Source: Bigelowiella natans CCMP2755
Lineage: Eukaryota > Protista > Cercozoa
Reading direction: 5' to 3'
Assembly: GCA_000320545.1 (NCBI GenBank)
Contig: ADNK01000002.1
Coordinates: 186,001 to 250,000 of the forward strand
Length of the DNA: 64,000 bases
The notes beneath the pieces are model-generated. The model did no database searches. It had not been told where the DNA came from and saw only the letters and a list, made by a program, of their open reading frames with translations. This document shows positions 12,518-25,761 of the stretch, in pieces. How positions within the stretch are numbered: the stretch's first letter is position 1; every line of letters begins with the position of its first letter. A program made the translations under genes and the position numbers.

Positions 12518-13151
12518 AAGAGTGTGCGTACCACAAGCACATAAGATGTGTTGACACATCGTAGCCGGTGGCTGCTTTGTCTCGATCACATATCTAGAGT
12601 CTACTTTGTTCATTGTTATAATTTATCGATGGCAAACATTAAGTGCTAGATATGTTTGAGCATAGATGTGTGTTTGTACATGACGTAAACGTCCTGCAGC
12701 GCGCTGGTCATTGCAAAGCTATGACACAATAAATCACTGCGCGAGCACATCATAGTAAGTTTTAATATTAGCATCATACTGTACACGAACTGATTCCGAT
12801 TCGTAAGCGTCAAGACACACTACTATAACGCGTGCTACACAACATGATCGTATCAAAATGAGCTGTGTTCACTGCATAACCATTGCTTAAGGCATCACAT
12901 TTGCACACTCTGTTGCGCTGCTTGTGCTAGACAAGTTAATAATGTCAAACGAAGGAATTATAACAATCTAATGGCATCACAAACAGCAGCATGCACACAA
13001 CCTTGTGGCGCTGTTGTACAGGAGCAGGCTATGGACACGCGCGCTGCAAGGACATGTAGCCTGGGCACACATGTGTTTCATACATGATGTTTGGGTTGTG
13101 CCTTCATCAAGTGCAATGTTTATCACAATGAACAGTCATACGATCACGCTG

Positions 13152-14648
13152 TTAAGTGATACTCTTGGTTTCCACGGCGGAAGATGGAAAAAAGATAAAT
13201 CCAACCACGGCCATACCAAAGAAGAGCAAGTATGTGCCACCTAGACCAACTTGTCTAATCGAGTACAAGTAGCTCACTGATACCAAAAATGCTCCCAATC
13301 TATTACAAAATGTATTCAAGGCCAAAGATTTGAGTCTATATGAACTTCCAAAGTTTGCAAATATAAATGTGCAATCTAGAGCACCATATGCCAAGCCGAA
13401 ACATAGTGAGTACAGAATAAAAAATGCAGAAGCGTTGTATTGATCCAGCCAGCCCTGTTCCGACAAACAGGCGATTGCAAGGCATGTAGCAAAAACGCCA
13501 CAGGATCCAATGCACATCGAAAACCTGCGCGCTATTCCTAAACAGTCAGCAGCTATCACAGAGAACATAGTTCCCAATAACAAGCTGTTAACCATTGCGA
13601 GGCCGACGTATAAGCTTGATTGCTCTGCAACGCCAACTCTCGTCAGCGTGATTATTGAGTAGTATAATACGGCCTCGATACCTGTGAGCTGATTTATCAA
13701 CGATATTCCCACTGTCTTTTGAATCTTTGACGAATTATTTTCATCATAGATGGTGCTTCCCCACGATTTACTCTCATACTTCATCATGGCAATAAGACTC
13801 TTGACCACGACATTCTTCCTTACGTGATTTGGCTCCTGAACGACTGACCGAATAACTTCCTCAGCCTCAGAGGTTCGGCCCTTGGCAAGAAGCCATCTTG
13901 GTGACCTGGGCAACAACCAGACTGTCACGACAGACCATACTCCAGACAGGGTGCCAAGGGATACGATGCACCAGCGCCAGTCTTGTTTGAAAATGAAGCT
14001 ATATGCAAAACCAATGCAAGGACCCAATAGGGCTAAAATGGAATTGATTTCTATCAATCCCTTTCTCTGAGCGCGAGATGATATCTCCCCGATGAATGTA
14101 GGCGACACTACCCTAGTGATTCCGAATCCAACACCAATCACAATCCGACCGATCATCAATGGCATCGTCTTTCTTTCGTCAGCGATGACCATGATCAGCA
14201 TCCCAAAGCAAATTACCTCTAACCCACTGACTAAAGTATTCCTCGGACCGATGGAATCTGTGATGGCACCACAGAGTAACGAGCCGAATGCGGCTGAAAT
14301 CATTGCTCCAGAGACGAGCATCTGTAGTTGCCACATGTTGAGCGAGAATTCTCTTTGCATGGGCACAAGTACGCTTGGAAGAAGGCCAAGATCACAACCC
14401 CTTATAAATGAGGCCATACCAATAATAAGGACGGAGCAGGAAACAAATCTTTTGTTATGTTCATAGTGGATCTGTGAATGGGTTTTTTTCCGGCGAAGTC
14501 TGGGCTTTGATTTGAACTCTCCTCCCCAGGATGCGTCACCTAATTTGCGAGAAGTTACAGGGATCATTTGTAGAAATATCATGAGTAAGTCTAGGCTCAC
14601 CGTTGTCAACGAGAGATTTCTCCTCCCTCCCATGCGGCTCCTCCTCAT
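13152..14648 (-). CDS. MFS sugar-porter family transporter (polyol/inositol-transporter-like, divergent), intronless, with N-terminal extension
   Basis: About 12 hydrophobic segments with degenerate sugar-porter motifs G(C)DLG, DSIGPR, GRIVIGVGFG, PTFIGEIS, PRSPRWL, QLTGIEAVLYY and ETKS. The first ATG is at 14648 (a second at 14633); the track's start at 14693 is not ATG. Confidence 0.92.
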   Translation of the reverse strand: MRRSRMGGRRNLSLTTVSLDLLMIFLQMIPVTSRKLGDASWGGEFKSKPRLRRKKTHSQIHYEHNKRFVSCSVLIIGMASFIRGCDLGLLPSVLVPMQREFSLNMWQLQMLVSGAMISAAFGSLLCGAITDSIGPRNTLVSGLEVICFGMLIMVIADERKTMPLMIGRIVIGVGFGITRVVSPTFIGEISSRAQRKGLIEINSILALLGPCIGFAYSFIFKQDWRWCIVSLGTLSGVWSVVTVWLLPRSPRWLLAKGRTSEAEEVIRSVVQEPNHVRKNVVVKSLIAMMKYESKSWGSTIYDENNSSKIQKTVGISLINQLTGIEAVLYYSIITLTRVGVAEQSSLYVGLAMVNSLLLGTMFSVIAADCLGIARRFSMCIGSCGVFATCLAIACLSEQGWLDQYNASAFFILYSLCFGLAYGALDCTFIFANFGSSYRLKSLALNTFCNRLGAFLVSVSYLYSIRQVGLGGTYLLFFGMAVVGFIFFPSSAVETKSIT

Positions 14649-14799
14649 CCTTGGAGGAGCCCTGCATGCTGGATTTGTCTTGTTGAAGCACAAACGAGAA
14701 GTTCAAATGATTCAAAAAAAACGATCTGTGAGATGCAAATTGCATGCCATTCTTTCGATGCGACAATCGAGATAACATGATGCGACTACGACACCTTTT

Positions 14800-15290
14800 T
14801 CATTGCTGTCGCCAGGAGGAAGCAATCAGAGCAACCCATGCCATGCTTGCATGCTTCTTTCAACCGCTCCTGTGGAACTTCATTCATTCATCAAGAAATC
14901 CGATTCAGAAGACCGCGCAAGTCGTCGCTAGGAGATGACAATGGCGATGCTGGTGACACCATGCAGCTAGCCAGCAGACGAGCGTCTAGTCGCAGACGAG
15001 CCACAGCGCCAGAGCGGCCCACATCGATCGCCCATGTTGATCGCCCACAGCACAGCGTGACGTGCGCACCTAGCCACACTGGCACACATGCATGATCTCA
15101 TGCACGAGATATCACATCGAGTCACACTGAGCCCGGTCTAGTAGTGCTAGCCTAGCAGTTCATCGCGAGCACTGGCGGAGCATGCAATGCTAGAATGTGC
15201 GTGCTGCACATCGTGGGCAATGCACGCACTCATTCAACATGCATCAGACAGTCATCCATGCGAATGCACACATGTGCGCACGCCGCAGTA
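14800..15290. other. TpA-depleted, CTAG-sparing intergenic tract A (probable hypermutated repeat remnant)
   Basis: Hand count: 11 TA in ~490 bp, 8 of them in CTAG. CpG is abundant and CATG/TGCA/CACA-type words are rich. ORFs 14838 and 14891 contain no Tyr. Confidence 0.8.
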
Positions 15291-15524
15291 GCGTGCATGT
15301 GTGCGGATATATATGGACGCAGCAGCGAATTGACATCACTGACTCGTCCGCGAAATCATTCTGGCATCATCAACAGGTGAGATTCGAATGATTTCAAATG
15401 AAACTAGTGTTGAGTGACCATAGATCAAATGTTGCATGCGCACGTGCAGTATCCACTCAACCATACACCAACCCAGAGATGGCTGCTACTCCGTTCCTGT
15501 TCAAGCTATGCATATATTATCGCG

Positions 15525-16541
15525 CTATCTGATATCCTTCCTCTTCCTTGAAGAGGTCTGAGAGTTACTATCAGCGGCATTCACACCATTACCGCTCTCG
15601 TTTATCACCTCTTCGCTAATCTTCTCGTCTCCATCCATCATAGACTTGCGGTTCTCCTCTCCAGCAATGGCAGTGTTCTTCGCTTCTGTCGAAGGGATTG
15701 CGGTACTACTAGCTGCGGTTGTGTTTGATGGTTGTTGCGAAGAGGATGGAAGACCATTCTCTTCCTGCTGTTGTTGCTGCCGCACCTTTCCACTTCCCAA
15801 GGTGCACATCATCCATCTCACACGATCCTGCACAACCGAAGGAATTGCGGGGGTATCGTCGTCCTGATCAAGAGACACGTTTCACTTGAGAATGGGCGAC
15901 GTGAAACAATGTACCAGTATGCTACATACCAGAGAGTTTAGAAAAAGAAACCGGGGAAACCTTGATGAATGTTTAAGATGCTAATGGAGCATCTCCCCTC
16001 TTACCAGCGAAAACACACTATTGTGACGAATGATTAGTTGAGAGGAAAAAGACCAGGTTCTCGCGGAAGAAGTCCCGATCTTCCTGAGCAGCATTTTCAG
16101 GATCGTACGGGAACAGCACACCTGATAAGCAGATAGGTAATAATGGGAACCATGGATACGGAGCTGGCCACACAAGTACTACAACCAAACGGTGGGCATG
16201 CTGGCTGATGAACGTCGTACTACCTGTTTCCGGTTCGGTGATCTTATGAGGCTGTATCGAGTAGCGAAAGGGATAGTGAAATTCTAAACGATTTCCAGCG
16301 TGTATTTCCACCTGAAATTCATGTTATTTATTAGAAATAACGAGGGTTCGCTTGATGTAGTATGCGTGTGTAGGAGGGCTAAGCGTGGATTATGGTTTCA
16401 TGATAACGAATGTCGTCTTCTTCTGACGCCTTGCGCATATTCCACCGACCACATTTCTCGGAAGCGCCGATGGTGGGGGTAAAGATGAAGGCGTTGAACT
16501 ATCGTGCCTGGGATACAATATGATAACATGATGTGTGTGTG

Positions 16542-16592
<51 letters not shown>

Positions 16593-17102
16593 ATATGTAT
16601 TCTTGAAACATTCACAACTTTAGATATTTTGCGGACATCTGCTTTATCGGACACGCACGAATATTTGAGGGATTGGTTCCAAAACGAATTGCAATAAACG
16701 AGTGTTTTGAATTGACGCTGGGAATAAACCACCCTGTTTTTCTCCGCTTCGATGCCGCTCCTCCCTTTTGCACTCGGTAACGTACTAGATGAGACTGCAA
16801 TACAAAGGGAAAAAGAGTGGGAGGGGGAGGAAAAGAGAAGTTAGTGGAGGCTTCCTACTTTTTGGCTGTGCTTCATTCTCCTAGTTGTCGTACACAACAC
16901 AAGTTATGTACAGAATGCATTCAGACATCGAATTGTGGATATTTTAGATGTATGCGACCGTCATGAAGCGGAAGAAGGCAGGGTCATAGTTTACCATCAG
17001 GTTGTGATCCCTGAGATGGTGATGATGATGATGATTATGATGATGATGGTGATGGTGAGTACAAGAACACTACCAACGGTTTCTTCAGTATCTATCCGCA
17101 GT

Positions 17103-17136
<34 letters not shown>

Positions 17137-17386
17137 GTATGCGTGTATGTATGAATGGCTTTCGCGTATTGCTGTTTACCTCAAGAGGTCATTGGAGACA
17201 ATAAAAACGTTTTTCTGGCGTGTTGCTAAGAGGATCGCCCCATACATCCAGAACGCGTCATCGTTCATGCCCCTGCAGCATGTGCATCAGCCGAAGAAAT
17301 GCAAAGGTGACGACGGGGGAAATACAAGGAAAATGAAATGCTTCAGCGGACGACGACACGTCCCATCATTTTAATCTCTTTCAAAG

Positions 17387-17421
<35 letters not shown>

Positions 17422-17772
17422 TACTTTGGGGTAATGTAAACGAGATTCCACTGCCTCCACCCGATAAACAATCGATGTTTCGCCATTTGGTTAGCGCGGT
17501 ACTATGGTAAACAATCACATGATTCATGCATTTACCCCCCCCACACACACGCACGTATACATAGTCTCGCATGGTCACTACTACTATTACTACTACTACT
17601 ACTACTACCTGCGACAGCACTAGCTTGCATTTATAACCCAAGCCCATAAAGTGTCTGCATCGATATTTGTATATATGTATAATAAACAATATCTATATAT
17701 ATATATATATATATATATATCATTATCAGAATACGAGGCAGTGGAGGACGTCCGACCACATATATATACTTT

Positions 17773-17810
<38 letters not shown>

Positions 17811-17878
17811 GCATGTGTGTATGATCCTAAAGTGAAACGATGATACACCTTATCTACTTTCAATGTGTACTATACCTA

Positions 17879-17912
<34 letters not shown>

Positions 17913-19802
17913 GCTACTACTACTGCAACTACTACTTCCGATGTCGCTGCGCTCATGCTGCTTCATATACGTACCTGAGAATGATATCCACCTGCTGTAT
18001 GCGGAACTCACCTCTGTTGTTGTAATATCTGAAGAAGAATAAGACAACGACGACGAATCACGGCTTTATGATGACGAGAACGCCCAACGAAAGAACATAT
18101 GACGATGACGATGACAGGATTATCGATTGGTCGGTGCGTGGCAGCAATTGGAACAATTTGAGGACAATGTCAGATGAAGGTGCGAAAATATAATCTTCCT
18201 CTTTGTCCTGTTCCTCCCCCCCCTCCTCCTCCTCCTCCTCGTTACCCTGCATTTGCGGCGTCGATAAGTACTTGTACGTCTCCTGCTCTCGTTGGATGAT
18301 TGTTGGCATTTTCGACCCATGATGATATGGGAAAAGAACAAAAAAGAACAAAAACAGTAGAATCAGCCATCTTCACACTCCGCTTGGAAGAGGAGGATGT
18401 TTGAGGAGGAAGTGGATACTATGCTGTCGTCGTTGTTTTCTCCTATAATATCATGGCCAACTCCTACCTTTCATTCTAGTCATAAGCCATTGCTCCCATA
18501 CTTCAAATGCACGATTTACTTTTATCTTCACCTGCAAGTAGCAGTTGTAGTGGTGGTGGTGGTGGTGGTGGCAGTTGTGAGGTCGGAAAAGAACCGACAT
18601 AAATAATGTTGGGACACACAAACTCACTATCAACTCTACTTCGATGCTGCTGTTGCCTACTATAACTACTACTAAGATTCAAGCTAATATTCTTAGGTAG
18701 TTCTTGTTGCGTGTGGCCAATAGTTTTCTCTCATATCTTTCCTGACATTCTTCTTGCAGAGCGTCTTCTGATGCTCGACGATCTTTGCCAAGAACCGCTT
18801 TCTCTGCTTTTCGTCCAGCTGGGGGGGGGGGGGGGGGGCGGAGGGCAACAAGAAACAATCATGATAGCGATGGAGAGGCCGATGAGCTTAAAAATACAAA
18901 GAAAAGCTTCATCTGCTTAAGGAATTGAAGCGATATTTTCTCTCGTGGCGTTGCAGCATAGCAACCCCACAAGACAGAACTCTTACTTCGTCTATCAATC
19001 TTGATTCTGGGTCATTATATATATTCAATCACTGCTTTGTTTTCACTGAGAGGAAACCTCGTCTCTCGTGTGCACTAGCGAATACGGAATAAGTATCGAT
19101 TTGAGCTGCCTCTTCGTCGTCGTTCTAAAATGCAGGTTGTTGTTACCTTGAATTCCGGTATTACAATCTTGCCATCCCTGCTTTCACACTCCCCTATCTA
19201 ATCAGCCACAAACAAACAGACAAACAAACAAACACATACAAACTCATTGTGACTTTGCTCTCCAATCATTCGATAAATACATTTTACAGCAGTCGTTCTT
19301 AGTACCAAATTAGCCTTGAGATCATCGTGGACAGTATGGCCCCCATTGGTGCTGCTACTACTGCTGCACCACGCCTTCAGCTTTTCTTTGCATCGCTCAT
19401 CGATGACGCTCACGTTTTTTACGATGTCATCCACGACCTGCATGCCCTTGTTCCAGTTATCAGCAGACCCGTTGTTGTTGTTGTTGTTGTTGTTACTGCT
19501 GCTGTTGTTGTCCTCCTTGCAACAGCAGAGTTCCAATAGGAAGCTATATTCTCTACTACCTAATCCACAAGGGAGGCCATGGGCGATGCTGCGAAGGTCA
19601 AAGGCTGTCGTAATGTCGTTGTGTCGGACGCAGGAGCTTAGAAGCAGCTCAAAGTACCTTATAAGGAGTTAAAGAGCCGATGATTCCAAGTGTTAGATAG
19701 AGGAGCCGTGTGCATTGTAGACGAATGGAATGCTCATTGACTACTTGCGATAAGTTTTGGGATAATAATTCATCATATAACACACTTTGTGACACTAAAA
19801 GA

Positions 19803-19838
<36 letters not shown>

Positions 19839-21292
19839 CACACCCATCAAACAAAATTAATCAGGCTACCAACCGGCGTCTTATTTTTTGTTTTTTTTCA
19901 AGAGCGATGCGCAGCAGTCTGACTCCTTCGTCGAGACCGGACCTCGTGACATTATTGAGCACAAACTTTATCTGAATCAAGGCTGTGATCTTCTCACACT
20001 CATCCACACCGTACTCTGATACCATCTCCTGAGTGGTAGGTCATATAACAATAGCGCGCTCAGAAACGACGTAAATATCAACAATGAATTGATTGCCAAA
20101 ATGAGGAGCATATAGCAACTCAAAGGAAAAGAAACAAATTCAAACATTAGACGATGATATCAGATAAAGCGAGTAACCAGTCCCAGTGTCGCAAATAACA
20201 CGTATTCAGCGCCTACTACCATCCCTCTCCCTATTTGCTGTGATAATGCTGCGATTTTCAAGCGCAAAAGCTACCTTATAAACTTGGTTGTAGAAGTGTT
20301 CATGTTTGGCAGGATCAGTGAGAAGGAGGAGCACTCGCCGAAAGAGATTAACCGGAATAAAACGCCCTTTCTTCCAGTTGCTCTGAAAAACAAGAACCAA
20401 AAAATAAAAGTAAGGAGGAGAGAAATATATAAAGGCTTAAGAGCTAGGCCAACTATCAGAGCGATTAGTGACTGCACTAATATTTGCTAGCACACACGCA
20501 TGTCTATAAAATGTGCCAATTTGAAGGGAGGAGCAGCAAGATTGTGCGTCCTCGTTCTACTCTTTACAGGCAACGAAGAGACACAACAGATGGATTCAAT
20601 CGATAATGCACGCACGAGACCGAACACAACCTCTAAGATCCTCTCCGCTGGCTGATGATTCCGGAGCCACTCCTTATACTTAAAGAGTTCTTTGATGCAC
20701 TAAAAGAAGTTTGGGAGGAAAATGAAAGATAATGACGTGAATGGATCTGATGCGATCTGCCTTCCGTCCATTATGTACGAAAGCTGGGGGCGCTATTCAT
20801 TAACATGGTGTGCGGGATGGCGGGGTCGCTCAACCTTCCTTTATATTGTTTTTATGCTGGGAATACCGTTTCGATATCAGCATTCTTGATCGCCTCTACG
20901 AGCGCTTTACTGACCGTTCCCTTCGCCTCGTTGTATTCTCTTTTCGAAAGTCTGGTGATGCAAAAAGTAATAATATCATTTGTCAATGATAGAGGAAGAA
21001 GATGCGATGTCACCCTGCTGCTGGGATAGTAGCTACCCAAACCTATAAGATACCTTACGAGACTGACGACTGGAGTAGTACTCATTGATTTCGACTCAGC
21101 TGAGGATCCATTACCATTACCTGTGTGCGACAGGGAACAAGGGTTTTGCAAGCTAGAAAAGTCCTTCTCTCCCGGTTGTGTAGGGTGTTATATGGTGGCT
21201 TCGTACACAAACAGTATTAGCACGCATCAGTCGGTGATTGTACCCAAGTTACTTCCGATGCTGTTAGACTCGCCACCGATACTCCCACTCAT
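15525..21292 (-). CDS. PRORP: Protein-only RNase P (PRORP): PPR-like helical region plus NYN metallonuclease domain; many exons
   Basis: NYN motifs VQVLIDAANAG (~18250-18280) and GMNDDAFWMYGAILLATRQKNVFIVSNDLLR/DH (~17270-17000), then YPFRYSIQ and C-terminal RWMMC. Upstream PPR-like exons include KIRRRYFELLLSSC...EYSFLLELCC. Start ATG at 21292 is inferred (an in-frame stop lies upstream). The protein ends ...SSRKRKDIR*. Confidence 0.88.
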
Positions 21293-21591
21293 CTCCTTAG
21301 AGCGAAAAGACGCCGTGCCTTGTGGACGGTGTCCTTCTTAGCTTGATGAGTGCTTTGTAGCGATTCGCACAGAACTAGATCTTCTGACTTGATTAAAAAA
21401 AACGATCCCTGCGTTACTTTTCGCCTGTGTACTTATGATTAGCAACTAACCGCGATCGAGCGAAGCGCTCCAATCTTTAGAATCGTGCTGAGGGTGATGT
21501 GTTCAACAGGGTGTAGGATCGGCGACCTGGCTTATCCCCATGTGGGGGATTATCAATCTGTCAGGAGTGTCCGAAGGTGTCCGAAGATTTA

Positions 21592-21781
21592 TGTCTCTTA
21601 GAAAGTCCAATGGGAAACATAGCTGCGACATGCTTTAGTGCCTGAAAATTGAATAAAAAAGGAACCCAGATCCGACTGCCTTCGTGTCTCTTAGAAAGTC
21701 CAATGGGAAATTATAGCTGCGACATGCTTTAGTGCCTGAAAATTGAATAAAAAAGGAACCCAGATCCGACTGCCTTTCGTG
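21592..21781. repeat. Near-perfect ~93-bp direct tandem duplication (2 copies) in the divergent PRORP/ABCG promoter region
   Basis: tgtctcttagaaagtccaatgggaaa...cccagatccgactgcctt(t)cgtg starts at 21592 and again at 21685. The copies differ by a c/tt change and one extra t. A 10-bp tandem gtgtccgaag x2 lies just upstream. Confidence 0.95.
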
Positions 21782-21833
21782 CTCGCACCACAGAACGCCT
21801 ACGACCTACGTGGCAGGAGGCACCAGCAGAGCT

Positions 21834-23912
21834 ATGTACACTGCTCTCCCCCAGAAAAGCGAGGAAGAAAGTAAATTGACTTCATCCGATTTGGAGGCTC
21901 CTGCTTCTGTGCAGCATGGTCACAGCATGATGATTAATCCTGTGGATTACAAGCGAAGAGTGTCATCAGGGTGAGTCGCTGCTCAAGTCTTCGAATCTGC
22001 TAAGCTTCTATCTTTAACCTACTTTACCGTATATGACAGGTCACAATATTTTGGTGATGAAGGCTTTGAATTTCCCGAGTTGCATATCTCCTTCCTCGAC
22101 ATGTCGTGTTCCGTCCAAGGTGTAGACCACGAGACCAAGGAAACATTTGAAAAGACTATACTGCATGAGGTAAAAACTAGACTATTCATTCACGTTGCGT
22201 AAAGGCTTGCGACTTTGGTCGTCCTGAAAGCAAACACCCGTGTTGCATGAAGCTAGGAATATGATGCAAGCTCGAATTGAGATATAATAGAAATGGTTGT
22301 ACACAATTCCGAAAGGTGTCCGGCAGCTTCGATCCTGGCGCAATGGCTGCGGTAGTTACTTCTTTCTTGCATGATTCCATAGAAAATTACATTTATATCA
22401 TAGAAGTATATCCAAATTCCTACTTCTTTTTTTTAATCAATCCTTTTACCTCCACTAAAATAATATCTCCTTTCCCAAGAATAATTTGCAATGACATGTA
22501 ATCATCATCCCTTCTTCTTAGATCATGGGCCCGTCTGGTAGTGGAAAGGTAAAATAACCTTAAGATGCAGCAGCAGCATGTCTACTTTTCCCACAAGATT
22601 ATTTTGTCATGAGAAATTTAGATATTTCGTCTTTGGTAGCCGTCATCTTAAAGCGGAAGTTATTTTACATCCCAAAGTGCTCCTTCTGCGCTCATTTGTG
22701 CTTTTCTATGCTTATTTTGATCTAGACTACGTTGATGGACTGTTTGGCTGGAAAAAAGACTCTTCAATACTCGGGGACTATAATGATCAATGGCCATGAG
22801 AGAGATTTATTCTTTCAGCGCGTAATTGGATATTGTCCTCAAGAAAACGAACTGAGCGCAAACCTGACTGTGAGGGAAAGTATCACTTTCTGCGCGAGAT
22901 TGAAAGCAAACCATGACGACGAGACACGCATCACGAAGACTGTCAACTGGGTATAGTAATATAAAGAAATTCCAAATATACAGAAGAAACAATCTATCTC
23001 ACTCTCGTCACCATCACGAGCATAACACCTCCATCTTCTACTACTTCTACTCCTACTCCTCCTCCTCCTCCTCCTCCTCCTCCTCCTCCTACTACTGCTC
23101 CTACTACTGCTAATCAGAGATCTAACAGATCGTTTTGATCATTACTACCAGTGTTAGTGCTAACACAATTTTCTGCAACAACTAACTACAGGTGTTAGAT
23201 GCGTTATCATTGACAGACGTAGCAGAACAGCGTATAGGAAATGCCGTCCAACGAGGCATAAGCGGCGGGCAGAAAAGACGTGTGTCCATAGGCAGGGCGT
23301 TGGTGGGAAAACCAGGAGTCTTATTTCTTGATGAACCCACTTCAGGACTTTCAGCTACTGATGCTCTCCTCGTGATGCAGTGCATACGCAAGATATCGAA
23401 GCGATACAAAATGACTGTCATTGCGGTGAGTGCTAGTAGCTAGCTGCTGCACAATTTTTATTTCACCCCCAAAAAGAAAGTTTCCATGCTATTTTAGTAC
23501 TATTTTACAAACAAAAGCCTCTGATCTTCCTATGTGCAAAGCCACACCTTTCCTACTTGTTTAAAAGGAAGCAATCGATGTTGTTGATGAGAATCATACT
23601 ACTACATTTCTACATCTAGGTTATCCACCAGCCTCGCAATGCTGTTTTTGAGGAATTCGATGACCTGATCCTTCTTACGGGTGGTCGTTGTGCCTACAAT
23701 GGAAATGCTAAGGGTTAAAAGCCACCATAATTACACGCTAGTCTTGTGATTGTATTGGTGTTACTGATAGTAATGGTGGTGGTGATGGTGGGACTTACAG
23801 ATGCTATGGCTTATTTCGAGAAAATCAACCCATCATTCGCGTGTCCAGCATATACAAACCCTGCCGATCATTTCTTGGACCTTATTACAACAACTTCACA
23901 ACATCTTTCTGC

Positions 23913-23950
<38 letters not shown>

Positions 23951-25761
23951 CTGCAGCTAAAAAGTCTGGCAGCACTCCGAGCACAGTCATCGTCAATTAT
24001 TTCGAAAGTAACGTTAAGACCAAAGTTATTACTGAAGCAAAGTCAATACCAAAGGTAGTAGATTTTAACTACGAAGTGGAAGAGACAAGAGATAACAAAT
24101 CTTTCGCTGTTCGTCACATCTCGTCATGGCGATTCCAATTTCATTGACTTTGAGTATGAACATCATTGTAGGGTGTAAACGTAAGGAGCACGATCTCCTA
24201 CAGACCTAGTAGCATTGCCACTGCACCTTTTACCAAACAAATGCGAGAGTTGCTTCTTCGTGAGCTGAAGCTCAATTTCCGTGATCCCCAGAAGATCATG
24301 GCCAAAGCTGCTAATGCAGTCGTGATGGCGCTGCTAGTCGGTGCCATGTATTTCCATGTTGACCAAGAATACGTTCCGCCTTTCGGTAGTAAGAAAATGC
24401 TGGAAAATGTTCAGATATTTTATCGTTATTGCTAGCCTCGCAATACGAGTGCTAATGATTCGCTTTGATACTAGTATTGCTATCATTGTTATCCGTCACC
24501 AACATCATAACATTCATCCATTCAATCTCTCTTTTCTTCTATCTCTCCATTCTCGTGGTTATCGTGGTGGCAACACCATACAGCCTATATAGCTCTTGCA
24601 ATAACAAGTATGAGCGCAATGGTCTCTTTGCCCTCGTTCTTCGCCGACAGGTTGTTGTTGCTGTTGTTGTTGCTGTTTCGTAGTAGTTGTAGTCTGTATC
24701 AGATGTTTTCGTGTTGGTGGAGGATGCTTATTTGTTTGTTTGCCAGAGAATTGCAGCAGCACAAGTGCTACAGAAGTAGTACAAGGGTTAGGGATGGTAA
24801 CAGGGGCGCAATGATATCATCCTTATACTCAATAACATTCATTATCAACATTAATTGCATGTGATCAGACTGATGCTAAATCTGGAGAGAACAGATCGGT
24901 TATATACAACGCTCCCTTACTACATCGTTAACAGTGGTGTCGGACTGCTGGTGTCCATAATGGCAAACGCCGTCTTCGGAACTATCGTAACGCATACACT
25001 TAACCTAAGAATGAGTGGCAAACGCCAAACAGATCAAGTTTTCTTGCCGCTTCAGCGATTTGATGTTTGTTCCTTCTTACACAGGTGTGGGGAATGGTCG
25101 GCATTGGATGGCAATATTACTTTAAGTTCTTTCTCATCACGTTTATCATATTTTTCGCGACGGATGGATTAATTGTACTAATCTCGGCGTGTTGTCGTAC
25201 ATTGGAGCAAGCAATGGCTACATTCAACATGACGATAGGTAGCAAGTGGTGATTGGGGGTGTTTTGGGATACAAATTGGGTGCTGGGATTGATATTTTAA
25301 GTGAAGAAGGTTGAGATTGGAAGATTAGTTGTGCAACAATTTCTGAACGATGAGGGAAACATTTTGTAATAGGATGTCCTCATAATTGCACAAAACAACG
25401 ATAAAGGAATCATCATAATTGTGCAGAATTCATTGACAGCCTCTGATTCTTCACTCACCAATATTCCTTTCTATCATCATAATCAGGAATTTTCTTATTA
25501 TTCAATGGCTTCAGCGCAAATACTAAAACCACACCTCCATGGCTTAGTTGGATATGCTACATGTCTCCACTGTATTATTCCATGGAAATGTTTCTGGACG
25601 CTCTCTACGAAAACAGTCCGCTTTGGGTATCAACAGGGCAGCTCTTTGGAATGAGAAAGCACGTTTTTTGGACTGATTTTTTCATATGTCTGAGCATCGG
25701 TTGCGCTGGTAGATTTTTGGCCTTTTTTGCAATGAAGCATCTCAATAAAATTGAACGTTGA
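21834..25761 (+). CDS. ABCG (White-type) half transporter; multi-exon
   Basis: NBD-TMD order. Walker [12 protein letters not shown] (a 27-nt exon at ~22522-22548), [34 protein letters not shown] and NPADHFLD, followed by TM exons. Stop TGA at 25759-25761. Confidence 0.93.

Noticed and set aside
21592-21781. CRISPR-like array
   Set aside because: Only two adjacent 93-bp units with no spacers, no cas genes and a eukaryotic context.
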